A stretch of 64,000 bases of DNA from Botryllus schlosseri (Eukaryota): NCBI GenBank assembly GCA_051294905.1, contig CM119384.1:992001-1056000 (forward strand). Direction: 5' to 3'. This document shows, piece by piece, positions 36,547-49,900 of this stretch (position 1 is the first letter of the stretch; every line of letters begins with the position of its first letter). A program made the translations under genes and the position numbers. The notes under the pieces are model-generated. The model worked only from the letters and a program-made list of their open reading frames with translations. It was not told the origin of the DNA and made no database searches.

Positions 36547-39500
36547 CCCATGAGGCGGAGAGTTACAAATATGCTCACTAACATTACAGTTACCATATGA
36601 TTTGTCGTCCTTTTTCAGGAGATCGAAAATGTCCTCCGAGAACGCCTAAATGTCCCCGTTTTGAGAAATAGCCCTCCCTTATAGTTATAGCTTTGACAGT
36701 CCGGCTAATGGACACTGGACACGGACAGTCATAAAAACCACCATACATGACATGGATTTTAAAAAGTGTCGCCTTTCCGAATCTCAAAATATGGTAACCA
36801 TACAGCTTCTAATTTTGCGGAGCAATAAAGTAGGTTGACCCAGGTTTTGAAAATACTATAGTGAACAAGAAATGCCCACAGCAGTTTAGGACCGCCTATT
36901 AGACTTGTTAAAAAATAACTTTTTTAGATTTTCGCGGCTATTACGGTAGCTAAAATTGTTGAGTTGGCTAAAAAAATCGTGCGAACCAAATTTGACTCGA
37001 TTCCGTTCGTAAATTTTAAATTTATATAAAAAATAAAATACGTTTTTTAAATTTCAATTTTATATAGCTATCCAAATCGCAGTACGCTTCAATAACAAAA
37101 ATTAACCAAATAACCTTAACGCCAGATCGCTACATCTACTTCCATTCCGGGCTGTGTATGAACGAAAATTCAGACAATTCGGTTTCCTGGCTTTGAATTA
37201 TGCAGAATACCAATGATATCGGATCATATTTTCAGCACGGATAATACAGATTTGTGATTTCTTACAGATACCGCGTAACTATGTTTGTTTATATGTGTTT
37301 GGACAGGAAAATCGAAAGTGCGCAAACGTACATACTCAACCAATGACGGTTGAACTGTAACGATGAAATTTGATCGTTTTTTATCGGGAAATTATTGTCG
37401 ACGACTTCTCGTTGTCCAAAATACTAACATTTCGAAACTCCGTGAAGAAAAGTGAGTCATATTTCAGTCATTCGAAAGATTTCGCGAGCTTAGAAAGTAT
37501 GTTTGCGAAACCGAATTTTGTGCATTGCAGACAAACCGGGTGATATTTGCGCGAAAATACGAGGAAAGCATGCATGTCCGCTGATTCATATGGTGACGTC
37601 ACAACGGTCGACACAAATGGTGACTCGTAGGGTAGTAAGCAACTATGAGTCATAATTGGGGAAATGTAATATTTTCGGCTTTCCAAATAGATTAGAATTA
37701 GAATTATAGCTGGGAAGTTTTTCTTCCAAATTAGATTAGAATCGTTTCACTGAATTCGCAAAAACTTCGAAAGTGTAAAAAAATTCGTATCAATTTCATT
37801 CTTATAAGAAGGAGAATTCATGGAAAATGTCTGTACACCAAGCTTAGCTTGTTTTGCATTTTCAAGAAAACAAATTAGAATACAATGAAAATGAGGGCAG
37901 AGAAACATTTGAAAAATTACATTTCAATGAGATTTCCGGCATTTCGATTTAATTAGTCTCTAAATTAGAATACTGGGTGATACTGATGTTTTAACGAGGT
38001 GGTTGAGTATTGAAATTTTGCAATTTTTAGTTGGTTTTAGGTTGAGATAAGGCCGTTAGGAAATACAAGAGGTACCATGCTAATATTCCCAATAAAAATC
38101 AAAGAAAATTAAAAAATTTGCTATTTTTTTCTAATTTTCGACTTACAAGTATCGTTAAAATCTAATACTTGCGTCAAACTGAGTTTTATGATTACCTACA
38201 ACATTTTCATAGCGCTTGACCCATGATTTATATCCCGGGCCGCCGTCAACACAATTTAATAACCCGATATTACATCCGGAATTCAAAACCATACGCGCTT
38301 TCAACACGCAGCACTTGAAACGAATTCGATTGCCAATAAAATGCCACATATTTGTTGACACAGCTTAGGAGGCTAGTTCAACGTTGATGACGAAAGAATG
38401 CGCGTGAGACCGGTCGAGATTACATCAGCGGCAGAGAGAGCTTCAATATACAATTGAATATTATATTCGTGTTGAAATATTCGAGTTTATTTCAGTATGA
38501 ATATATTATTCAATCGTATATTGAACACTAAAGCCCGAGCAATAACTAGCTGCGAATGAAAGTTCGCACCTAACCTAGTTAAAATTCTCGGAATAGTTGT
38601 GATAGTTACAGATTTCCAAGGCGAGCGCAATTTACAGTCGATAACCCGCGTAAATAAGGGATTTTCGTTCGGAAAAAATGCAAGTTCGAGGCGATACTAA
38701 ACAACGAAAATCACGTTTTCGAAACATAAACACCGGCTTTTTCGCACTGCCCCGCAATCGAAGTATCATTATGTCTAAAACACGGTCATTATAATGCACG
38801 TAACGTCACACGCACGTAATCGTAAGAAACACCGATGTTTTTGAAATGCGAGGTAAAAAAAAACAATTACATATCCAGTCAACAAGTTTAATTTTTCAAA
38901 CCAGAACGTTAGTCAGTTAGTGAGTTGAGATGTATTTTTCACGCTGATTCCAAACCTTATTTTGAGTACATCACATTTTCAAGATAGCATCGAATTTGCA
39001 TTTTCCGGAAATTATTGAAAAAAATAAACATATATTTTCAAGAGACTTGAAAATGGTGAGCGTATGATTTTTTGTATTCTCCACACATTTTGAAGATAGC
39101 ATCGAATTTGTATGAGCTGATTTCATGATGAGCTATTTTTATGAGACTTGAAAATGTTCATCAGATGATATTTTTTGTATTTAACGAATAAAAAGATAAA
39201 GAAAAAAAATCTGTTTTCATGACGCTTCAAAATACTGAGCTGTTGTACACGTGACTGAAAATTTAAAATGCGGACATCTCGAAGTCCTGGTGTGCTAGCA
39301 AAATAATACGCCCGTTTTCGGAATCAGGAACAAAAACTCTTCAGGAGTCACTTAATTTGCTGTTGACCAGAGAGTTCAAATAATAAATTGATGCACTTTT
39401 TTTTGTGTTACGCGCTTAATCATACGTCAGCTCCAATGCATTATAGGGTGTCTGCATACTTTCGTCCTTACGCATTTGTATTAACTTTCCATAAACACCT

Positions 39501-41167
39501 TCAAATTAAGTTTGACACTGTGGTCCAGGCACTCTTGGGCAATTAGATAGTTCTGTAAGTGCTGCAGGGGAACTGTATAGCGCGAAACGAGCCAAGCTTT
39601 CTGTACAGACATTTTGCATTCTCGTGCCATGAGGATCTACTTGCAAATTCAGACATCCGAATTCTAATCTACGGTAATTAAAAAAACTGTAGCTATCATT
39701 CTAAATCTAATTAACTTGAAAAAGTTTAAAATGTTCTAGTTTCCCAACTCTAGCAAAGTTCGCGTTTTAGATCCGAGGCCACACATGAAATTCCACACAT
39801 TTTCGATCAACTAATGATTCAAAATATTGAGCGATTCCACAAAGACAGCGGGAGCCATTGAGAGAGATGATCGCAACCGCAAAATCGGATTTACATGTTA
39901 TTCATATCGCGAGCGGCAAAGTGGCAGGAATTTTTCATGAATGACAGTGATTGTTTACTATTTCGCGTTGGCATGCCCATCTCAAGACCAATTACATCAG
40001 GATGGTTTCAATGTATTGAAACTCAAAATCACTCAAAACAATACCTTCACATTGTTAATTTATTCGATAAGGCTTTTCGGCTGCTGACTTTTATAAATAG
40101 ACGATTGAATAATATTTTTATACGGAAATAAACTATTACCGGTATATCATTCCATTGTATATTGAAGTTCTGTACCTCCAAAAAGCTCTTTTTATCAATA
40201 GTAAATAAATTAAAAATCAAAAAAGTAATTCCGAGACTTGTGTAGTATTAGTGAGAAGTAGATCTTAACACCACGAATAGGGTGGAATTGTCTTAAATAT
40301 ATTCACTAATGTGATACAGGGGCTCTTTTTCTTGGTTGATACCGCAATTTCACTCGAACAAGCTATGCCATATCTTGCCCCAAAGTACTTTATTGAATGT
40401 GTAAAATATAAGCACTTTTGCTTAAAACACAGTAAAGGAGCAGTGAAGGTTATTGTTGTTGAAAAATAAATTTTTGGATTCCGGGGATTTACTGATTAAA
40501 TTGTTAGGTTCCCTAAATAAACGCTGCACACCAAATTTGGCTCGATTCCAACTGGTAGATGTACACAGCAGTTCGAAAATTTTCAATTTATTATTAAAAT
40601 ATTTGAATTTTTTTTTCTTCAAATTTTACTGTCAATCCCATGAAATAGTCGAATTGTCTACAAAAACGACGCAAAACAAATTTGACGCAATTACAACCCG
40701 TAAAAGCGAGTGATTTGAGTTTTTCATTCATAATTCTGGGATTCCAGGCTATTTTTGCGAATCTGAAATTTTCAGCTGCAATCACTTCGCTTCTACCGGT
40801 TTGAAGTGAGCAAAAATTGTTATAGATCGCTGTTTCAGACAACTGATCAATATCATGGGGTTGAAAGTTAAATTTAAAAAATATATATATTTTATAATAA
40901 ATTCAAAATTTTCAAACTCCCGTGCGTTCACATGTCACATCTACCTGTTTGAATCGACCCAAATTTATTGTACAGCGTTTTTTAGGCAACCTAACAATGC
41001 AATCAGTGAATCCCTGGAATACAGAAATAGTTATTTTTTAATCACCCTGTTGGAGGTAATAGCTACATTGCCACTTGCTATGCGAGTAAGCACTAGCGGT
41101 ACAAGTTGTGAAATTCGACTCCGAAAATGCAGAAGTACTTTGTCACCGACCACCTTTGGCTGTGTAG

Positions 41168-41684
41168 TAGGGCTCTTCAAAAATGACTTTTTTTCTCAAA
41201 TCATACTAGCTACTTGATAAAATTGTTAGGTTACCTAATTTAAGCCTACACACAAAATTTGGTTCAATTCCAACCAGTGGAAGCGGAGTTATTGCCGTCG
41301 AGAAATTTGGATTTGAATAAAATAGTATTTACGGTGAGCACAACTATGATAAATAAACAAAGAATCGGTCACCGTAAATACTATTTTATTCAAATCCAAA
41401 TTTTTTGACGGCAATAACTCCGCTTCCACTGGTTGGAATTGAACCAAATTTGGTGAGCATCGTTTCTATAAACAGCCTAACACTTTGATGGGGTGAACAG
41501 AAAATTTTCAAGTTTTTTATTATTTATTTTTATATAATAATTAGAAACTTTCTTCTCCTGTAGCAAAGCGGTTACTGGCTGGAATTGAACCAAATTTTGT
41601 GTGTAGGCTTAAATAAGGTAACCTAACAATTTTATCAAGTAGCCAGTACGATTTGAGAAAAAAAGCCATTTTTGAAGAGCCCTA
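41168..41684. mobile_element. hAT MITE of the most abundant family in the window (other copies about 1-240, 12580-12800, 14600-15110, 26870-27320, 29269-29840, 31960-32200, 40480-41040, 58790-58960, 60930-61330, 63195-63660)
   Basis: Long TIRs TAGGGCTCTTCAAAAATG...CATTTTTGAAGAGCCCTA; perfect 8-bp TSD CTGTGTAG at 41160-41167 and 41685-41692. Confidence 0.9.
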
Positions 41685-43629
41685 CTGTGTAGTTCAAAAT
41701 CGTACGTGCGAGAACGTTTCGCTGGTTTAGCCTTATAAAAGTTCATTAATTGACGTAAATTTAAGGCAAATTGACGCATTTCTCAGATTCAAACTCGACT
41801 TTTCGCGTGTTGTCATAAGTTAGTAGACCTCCAAAGCTTTGCGGCTAGTTAATCCCACAGAATTGCGTGGCAATTCAGTGTACTAATGACTGTGTCGCTG
41901 CATGTATTCAACTTACGCAGGATAAATAAAATATCAGCCTACTTCGCGTTACGGCAAAATACATCCCACTTAACAACGATCGAACGAGTTTCGCTATTGT
42001 TACCGCACAATAATATCAATACCAAGTATCAACGCATGACAAATGTCACGATTACAATCAAGACGTGTTTACCAACCATTCCAGACCTATTTCTTACTTA
42101 ACCTCTGTGATAATCACGTAATTACAGACGTTCTCAGCGTGCTAGTCAATTCTAAATCGGCCTACGCCACCACTTTCACAAACGAGGCTAATTTCGTGTT
42201 CAGTGTTCAGCTAACGCCGGTGTTAATCCAGAAAAGGCCGGGAAACCAATTTGTGGAAACCATACGCGTCTGTAGACACGTAAAGTAATCTCCAGATAGG
42301 TGATGTTTACAATTGGATTGCATTTCAGTTGTTGTAAAGAAAATCCCTCAAAACAGGCTCGGCCTAGGCCTAGGCCTAGACCATCCAGATCGAAAACAGA
42401 AATTACGTTGATAAATTCACTCTTAGCGCCAAGGAGCGTACAATTTCAGTACTCCAATCATCGTGTCCAGCCCTAGTAATCAACAAAGCTGTGTTGCCTC
42501 TTCGTGGGAGCTCATTTTTGTAAAACTTTCCCGCCTCTATTTTCCGAACATAGGCCCGCGGTACCGATGTACGATAGAGTTTCAAACAGCGACCAAACGA
42601 ATATAAACATCAACATCAAAGAATAACCAGGCTTACACAAAACCCTTTTGTGGCGGTTATTATCCTGACACAGTGAAGTAAATCGTTTACAAAGCACAGA
42701 ATCGGCGTCGCGCGTACGTCAAATCAGGCCGCGGTTTGAGGTGTGATATTAAGCCTACAATGGGTGACATGTGTACTTTGTTGCATTAAAAACACGTTTG
42801 TGAAAAGGCTTATCGGAATGAAACTAGGCCGGTAGGATTGTTCTGTAGGGTTGAATTACGGCTGGCGTTTGAAGTTGGTTCATCTCCATAGGCTAAGGGT
42901 TGTGTTATTGAGCAGATGTGGTAGAATTAATACCGGAAATCTCAGCTCAATTAGATTAGAATTAGAAATACCGGCATTACGACTTAATTTGATCAAAATA
43001 CACAACTAGAATTATCTATTTCTCCAAGTCTGATAGCTAGGTAGCGCATGCGCAGAAACGATATTTCAATTGAACCCGGTACTAGAGTTCGCCGAAACGG
43101 CCAGTTTCAATGAAAAATCTCGGAGAGCAAGTTAATTTTAGTTTTGTCAACACTATATCGCCGCCACCCGTAGCATAGCGTTATATATACGAGAGCGCGT
43201 ATATTTGTACCAGTTCTATATACTTTTTAATGTCGATAACAATCTAGCGCGAGACAGCTAAACAAATCGGCCACCGGCAGATATTCGCAAAATCGACCTC
43301 AGGAATTATAAACATTCCAAGAGTCGCGTTTTAGCGCCTACGGCCCATCTTGAGTTAGCTCTGAACCAAGCTAAGAATGCGATTAGAATCTGATATCTGT
43401 GCGCGGCTAAACAGAAATGGCTATCTCGCGTCAAACACAACTCGATTTACAAGCGTTCGGGTTGACGGATAACTCGTCTATATTTAGTAGATTTTATGAA
43501 GACATGTGTTCTATATAATAACGCCGCGTATAGCGGTGATAAAACAAATTTGAAAACGCCGTGAAATAGGATTAGAATGTCGAAGCCGGTTCGTCACAGT
43601 AAAGTTATGCTCATCAGCAGGGCAGTCAA

Positions 43630-43901
43630 ACTTGTACAAAATACTGAATTTTCAAAATACAAAAATAGAACTACAACTAGAACTACTCACTTTTCAAACC
43701 CGCAACTACAACTAGACCTAACGAAAACGACCTTTAAAATTCACAACCAGAACTATAACTAGAATGACTCACTTTTCTAGTTCTAGTTCTATTTGTGAGT
43801 TTTGAAAAGTGAGTAGTTCTAGTTCTACTTGACAATTTTGGAAAATGAGTAGTTCTAGCTCTATTTGCGCATTCTGAAAATCCAATATAGTTTGTACAAG
43901 C
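43630..43901. mobile_element. Foldback-type MITE with GTAGTTCTAGTT subrepeats
   Basis: Inverted arms CTTGTACAAA...CTAGAACTACTCACTTTTCAAA versus TTTGAAAAGTGAGTAGTTCTAG...TTTGTACAAG; fragments at about 58170-58240 and 60460-60510. Confidence 0.7.
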
Positions 43902-46900
43902 CTAGTCTATAAACGTTCAAGATAAAGATCATCGAGAAACATTCACAATCACCGCCACGATAGCCTGACTAATTGTGCTGCGTTGTTCAAGTCATAGGTC
44001 AGCCTTCATTGCATCAAGCAATGAAACTGCATGAAACATGACGTAATCATATCAACCTATGCACTTATGCAGGTGTCGGGCAGTAAGGTTACGGCTGGGC
44101 TTTTGTTTTTATAGTATGTTACGCACGAGACATGCAAACGAAACCGAAATTAGCTTCTACAGTGAAGTCGATTGTCGAACAACAGACTAGGTTATGTGTT
44201 GTGTGCTGTATTGTTTGTAAGTTGCTGAGATTTTCAGGACAGTACCAGGCTTCCAGAATGAGTGTGTATAGTGTAATATCGGGATGATTGGATGGCTATC
44301 AAATATGTAAATATGTAACTTTTATGCGACCAGATGGAATATAACGCCAGTTTGCATCACATTTTGAAGATTATTTCGTATTTTTTCGACATTGCTCATT
44401 GTTGACAATGCTGTGTGCTGATTAAGACCTCACAGACAGACTTAGACGCCTAGGTAATATTAGTGGTCTAAGTAGTCTAATTCGAGCGAACTGCCGGTGA
44501 TGTAATTCTAATCAATTTGTGAAATGTTTCTTTCCTCCAATTCGAAATCTGATTTGTGAAATATTTCATGCTTGCATTTCAATTCTAATGTACTTTCCGG
44601 TTTTCCTGAAAATGCTACACAGCTGCATAGTACGAGTCGAGCCATTTGCCATTCTCTTCCTTGTGACAATGAACTATGATTTGATACGAACTCAACTTGA
44701 ATGAATTTCCAAGTTTTCGTGAGTCGTGTAATTCTAATTGTAATCTAATTTGGAAAAACTGTGCGGCTACAATTTTAATTCTTATCTAATTTGGAAAAAC
44801 TGAAAATTGTCCAAATCTGAACAAGCATCACTACAGGGTAGCCGGGTTCACGATATGAAAAAAACGCATAGTAGTCTAAGCACCGTACAAAGTGCGCAAG
44901 TACTTTGCGCAATTGTACAATGTAAAAAATCTAATCGAACACCGTAAATCCGTCACTAATAACACGCGATTCGTTCTCAACCGGTCATGTTTTACAAGCT
45001 ATACAACGTAAGGTTCGTACGTAAATTATCACGAAGCATAAGTCATCGGAAAAGGTCGTAATTTCACGGAAGTAGGCCGGCCACTTTTGCGAACTATCAA
45101 TCGCGTGTCATCGCTAAATTGACATTAATAGTAGTAGACATATTTTGTTGGCACGCAGGCGTGATCAAGAACTCGAATCAACCGCTCCGATTGGACGCGA
45201 AATTTTTTAAATCTCAGCGGAAGCGTCTTCGATAGACAGTTGCGTGAAATCGATCTATCCCAAGAGGCTCAACACCAGAATATCGCCATTAGCGCAAATT
45301 CGCAAGGTACCACGTAATAAATCGCGTCGTTAAAATAGGATTTCCACTCTATAGATATATAAATTTATATTATTTTGGATCACAAAGTATTCCACCACAT
45401 TGCAGTAAAATTGCAGTTGACAAACTATAATCGACGTAATCTTATACAGAGGTAGATTACGAGTAGGTTTGTGCTACATATCAATAAGTGGTTCCGATTT
45501 TGGACTATTTTCTAGTCAAAACTAGGCCTGAAATATTTTCTACTTACTTGGAATCGCTACTTCTACTTGCACAACTTACTCATGTGATTTTGATTTTGGA
45601 CCACTTCTACTTGACAGTTTTCCATTCAAAACTAAGCCTGGAATAATTTTTTCAGGTTGCTTGGAAATTGAAATTGCTAATTCTACTTGAATGTAAATTT
45701 GGAGTACTTGTATTACTTATTCAAATAGTTATGAGTAGTTGAGTAGAAACTTTTAATAGTGACATCCACATCGTACAATTTCTCGGTAAATGCATACTAA
45801 ATGAGAAATAGCCCACAGAAATAATAAAAAGTGGGCAGCCAATTAAGATGTCAATACGCACGGTATTAATCAAACAGCAAACATTCCTTGTATTTAGACT
45901 CGCGGGCGGCCATACTAAACCCAGTTACGCAAGGGAGTCCGTCATTTCTCCCCATTTCTCGCATATTTATCTCTGTCTCGAGCCGCAAAGCAAAACATAG
46001 GACGCACAACAGATCGAGACAGCTACGAGCGAACAATCTTGACAGATCGCACCAAATTACGCTAAAACGGTGGAGAGAAATGCGATATAATAGCGACGCC
46101 TTGTTTACAAATAGCGGCTACAACGGTCGATAATTGCCGCAGACAAATCGGCCTCACACCCGAAACTCTGTTTGTCTGTGACCAATTAGCAAAGTTTATC
46201 AAGTTCTAGGAGTAAAAATCGCTCTGGAACGATCTGCGTCGCCAATTAGTAAAATTGTCACGGATAGGGTTAGGACAATTTTGAAATATTTTAACATCTA
46301 ATACATTAACTATAAAGAGACTCTTGTAGGAACAGAACCTCAATATGGACACTGGACAGTCGTGTCACGAATACATTGTTCAACATAAACCATAAAACAT
46401 CCAGTTTGTCACGCCATAAACTAACAAGTCGGTCTATGAAGTAGGAATGCGATTCAGCGATTGTATCTCTCTAATTAACCGCGATCAGGTCAAGTGTCGC
46501 TGTGTTTCTAGCAACTGACGTAAACGCTTCACTATTACGGCGTCAACGGCAGGGTTATCGTATCGGAATGATGGAGGGCCGAAATGTGAGGCCGATGCAT
46601 CGAGATACCATCAATCTCATTCTCGATTGTAAGTGAAAAGCCTCCAACCGGGGCCTACGACAGACTCGCGGCCATTGTCTGCTGTCGTCTCGTATACGAA
46701 GATCAACAGTGGAAGGGCGCATGCATTGCATCATGTTCACTTCAATGACACATAACATGGGAGTCATAAGCGTGTGGCCTGTTCAGAATCATTCTAGAAA
46801 AACACGCATGCATCAGCGTTACGCGAACGTGGCGTACCTGCGAACTAAGCCTTGGTGTAAAGTGATTGCGATAGAGTTTAGCTTTCTGCGAGTAGCAAAG

Positions 46901-49900
46901 TACTGTCGCGAATATAATAACACAACCAATGCAAGCTCACAAAACTCGTGCATGCTTTGGTGTGGGGATGAAACTAAACACTGTAGTTTTGTGTTAGTTT
47001 GAAACCTATTTACGCTATAACCATACAACTCTAGTTTCAATTTTATGGGCAAATAGAATTGTCACTAGTAAGGTTGTCAGGTGATAATGACGTCACGCAC
47101 GGTTAATTAATGCCTTCGCTCCGATCTCTCGAGCGCTTTACAAGAATGTCAGCTTCATTTTAATTATCAATCTTCGGTATAGCTTGCCGTACATAGGCGT
47201 ACATTTGACAGAGGCCAGCTATCATAACAAGTCCGGATAACGGATAATAACTCATGTGTGCTTGAAGATATGAAGAAACAAAGAAAGTTGGCCAGAGTAG
47301 GCGCAATGATAAGGCTGTCGCTAAGATGTCGCAGCATAAGGAGAGCTTGGTTGATAAGAGAGGAGGGAATCGCTAAGTACCGCTGTAGCAGAGTTGGATC
47401 TATTGTAAGGTTTTTGAATTTGCGTTCATTTCTCCATAATGCGCCTACCATATCATATTCGCGCATTAATGAGCCAGCTTATCCACGGGGATAACAGGAC
47501 TAAGAATCAACCATCCGTCTGTAATTTTTATAGGCTTGTAACAAGTTATATTCTTGACGGCTTATAAATTGGCTACTGTATATTTGTTTCAAGCCTAACC
47601 GAGTAATCTTTATAGCTAGGCAAAAAGGAGACACCGTTTTACGACCCTTCATAAATTACAGCTCCCAGAATAGTGTCAAGGTTTTACTGTTCTCGGGATG
47701 AACTTTTAAGCGCAATCCATTTTGAAGGCTGTTTCCAACTCGCTTTAGAAGTCTGCCGTTAAGCTACAGATTGGGTCAGGAATTTATTGCCTATGGCCAG
47801 TACGCGTGGTTTATTGCATCCTATATCGAATACCTTGCAAGGAAGCGATATGCCGCATACGTTAGGAAGTAGATGTAGAGATTAAGATACTTTATTACCA
47901 CCCACAATAGGTTACAGCTGCGTGCATCTATGAATGTATGTCTCTTGCTGCGACCTTTTCGATATAAATAGGTCAGCCAGATTGATATGGTTCGAAAATT
48001 GGCTATTTGGTATTTACGTTGTAATTTCAATAGCAACGTTGGCGATTTACGCGCAGGGAACTGCAGCTAGCCGATAGAAATTTAGGTATGATGTCGTATA
48101 AAATATTCAGAGGTTGGTACCTCAGTATAATTAGAAGAAACGTCATAAATTTTTACTAAATGACAAGTAACCACTCCAGCAAGTATTACAAGCAGTCAAA
48201 ACCTACTTGAGTACTCCCAAGAAGTAGAAGTAATCCGTTAATGACCACATCTGCTTATAATACTTGGATAATAGTCTAAATCCATATCGCCCATCTAATC
48301 ACAGAGAATCAGTATTTATTGTAATTACGTAAGATTGGGCTTGACATAGATAACATAATCTGTTTTAAGCACGCAAAATACATGAACTTGGCTGCCACCA
48401 ACTAGGGAGAATTGGCATTGAGAACTGGTTCCCAAAAAAGAGCGTGAATGCAACTAGACCTGAACTTGCAGTGATGAGATGCTCTTTTAGGCCACAGACA
48501 AGTTTTGTTTCACACGAAAACACATTCTCCTTGAAATGCTACGCAATGCAGACTATTTTCCACTACAGCCAGTTTGACGAACCCGGTTTTGAATTACAAA
48601 CTACGCGAGGGAGAAATCGCCTCACTTACAAAAAATCTTAGGATTAGCGACGCGGGCCGTGTTGTGACCTTGTCGACGTCACGATAGCGCGATAAACATC
48701 GTTGAACGATCGGAAATGAGATAAGTCGTATCAGTTGTTTGATCATTTTCACCTTTTTTTCAAATTAGATTAGAATTAGACTTATAGCTACACAGCTTTT
48801 TTTCAAGATATGTTAGAATCAGAAATACTGAATTCGCAGAAACTTAGAAATGGAGTCCGAATTCCGAAATAGACAGAAATTCAACTAAAATCAAAATATG
48901 TGCATATCAAAAGCACGAGAATAGCAAATGCAAGTACAGCAAGCTTGGCTCGTTTCGCACTGTACAGTTCTCCTGTAGCATTTTCAGCAAAACCAGAAAC
49001 TAGATTAGAATTTGAATTATTTTACTCAGAATTGTATGACTGTTGCGATCAGTAGTAGTAAATATAACAATTTTTCGCCTCGTTTTTACGCTGTATCGAG
49101 TTTCATGACACGCCTTGCGAGATGCGTATGTTTTGGATTTGATCAATTTATCATCGATGTCGATATTGCCGCGATTCGGTCCCCGTGTCGTAATTTAGTT
49201 CTAACTCATGTTCACAATTCGGATTCGTAATTTCGGATAAGATCTACGAATTCCAGCATTCGCACGCGCCCACTTTACGCCTTATCGTGTCCTGTCATTT
49301 CAACCCGAAAGAATTCGCCTTCGCTGTACTTTGGTTGCGTTATGATACTGCTATAATACCAGTTAACTGTCATTGTGATTCATACGCGGTGAGGAAATCA
49401 CGCGGAAGGGCTCAAGATGAGTTGCAAGCAAACCTTGCGTATAGAATGTGTATTGTATATTGCATAGTCAGTCATAGACAGTGCAGTGTTTTGGTAGACG
49501 ACTACACGGCATACGGAATTTATTCCAATTTCGGAGTGTTTACGAAAAATTTGTACAGTCATTTATAGAGAGTGCGCTGTTTTGGCAGACAACGCGTGCG
49601 GCATACGCGTACAATAGCAATGTAATAAAAAAAATGAACGTCCTGCGCTCAATCTAAATAAACAACGGCTGCCATTCAGCAAACGGCTGGCGTTTGCTTT
49701 GGGCGCCAATAAAACTGAGTTTATACATGAGGGTTTGTTTATGAGTTACATTGGCGAGAGTTGCGGAAAATATATTCGCGAGGCTGCCAACGTACCGAGT
49801 TTACGATGCTAGCGCGGTCAAATCATAGTATTCGGTTCGCTTTTTTGAGGCGAGAACGGCTTTTAGACAGCGTAATCGGAATACTTCGTTATTGGTCTCT

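Noticed and set aside
35966-36596. Repetitive ORFs up to 184 aa (MDITENGHYREWTLPR...)
   Set aside because: Translations of the 15-16 bp tandem units of the foldback element; open in several frames.
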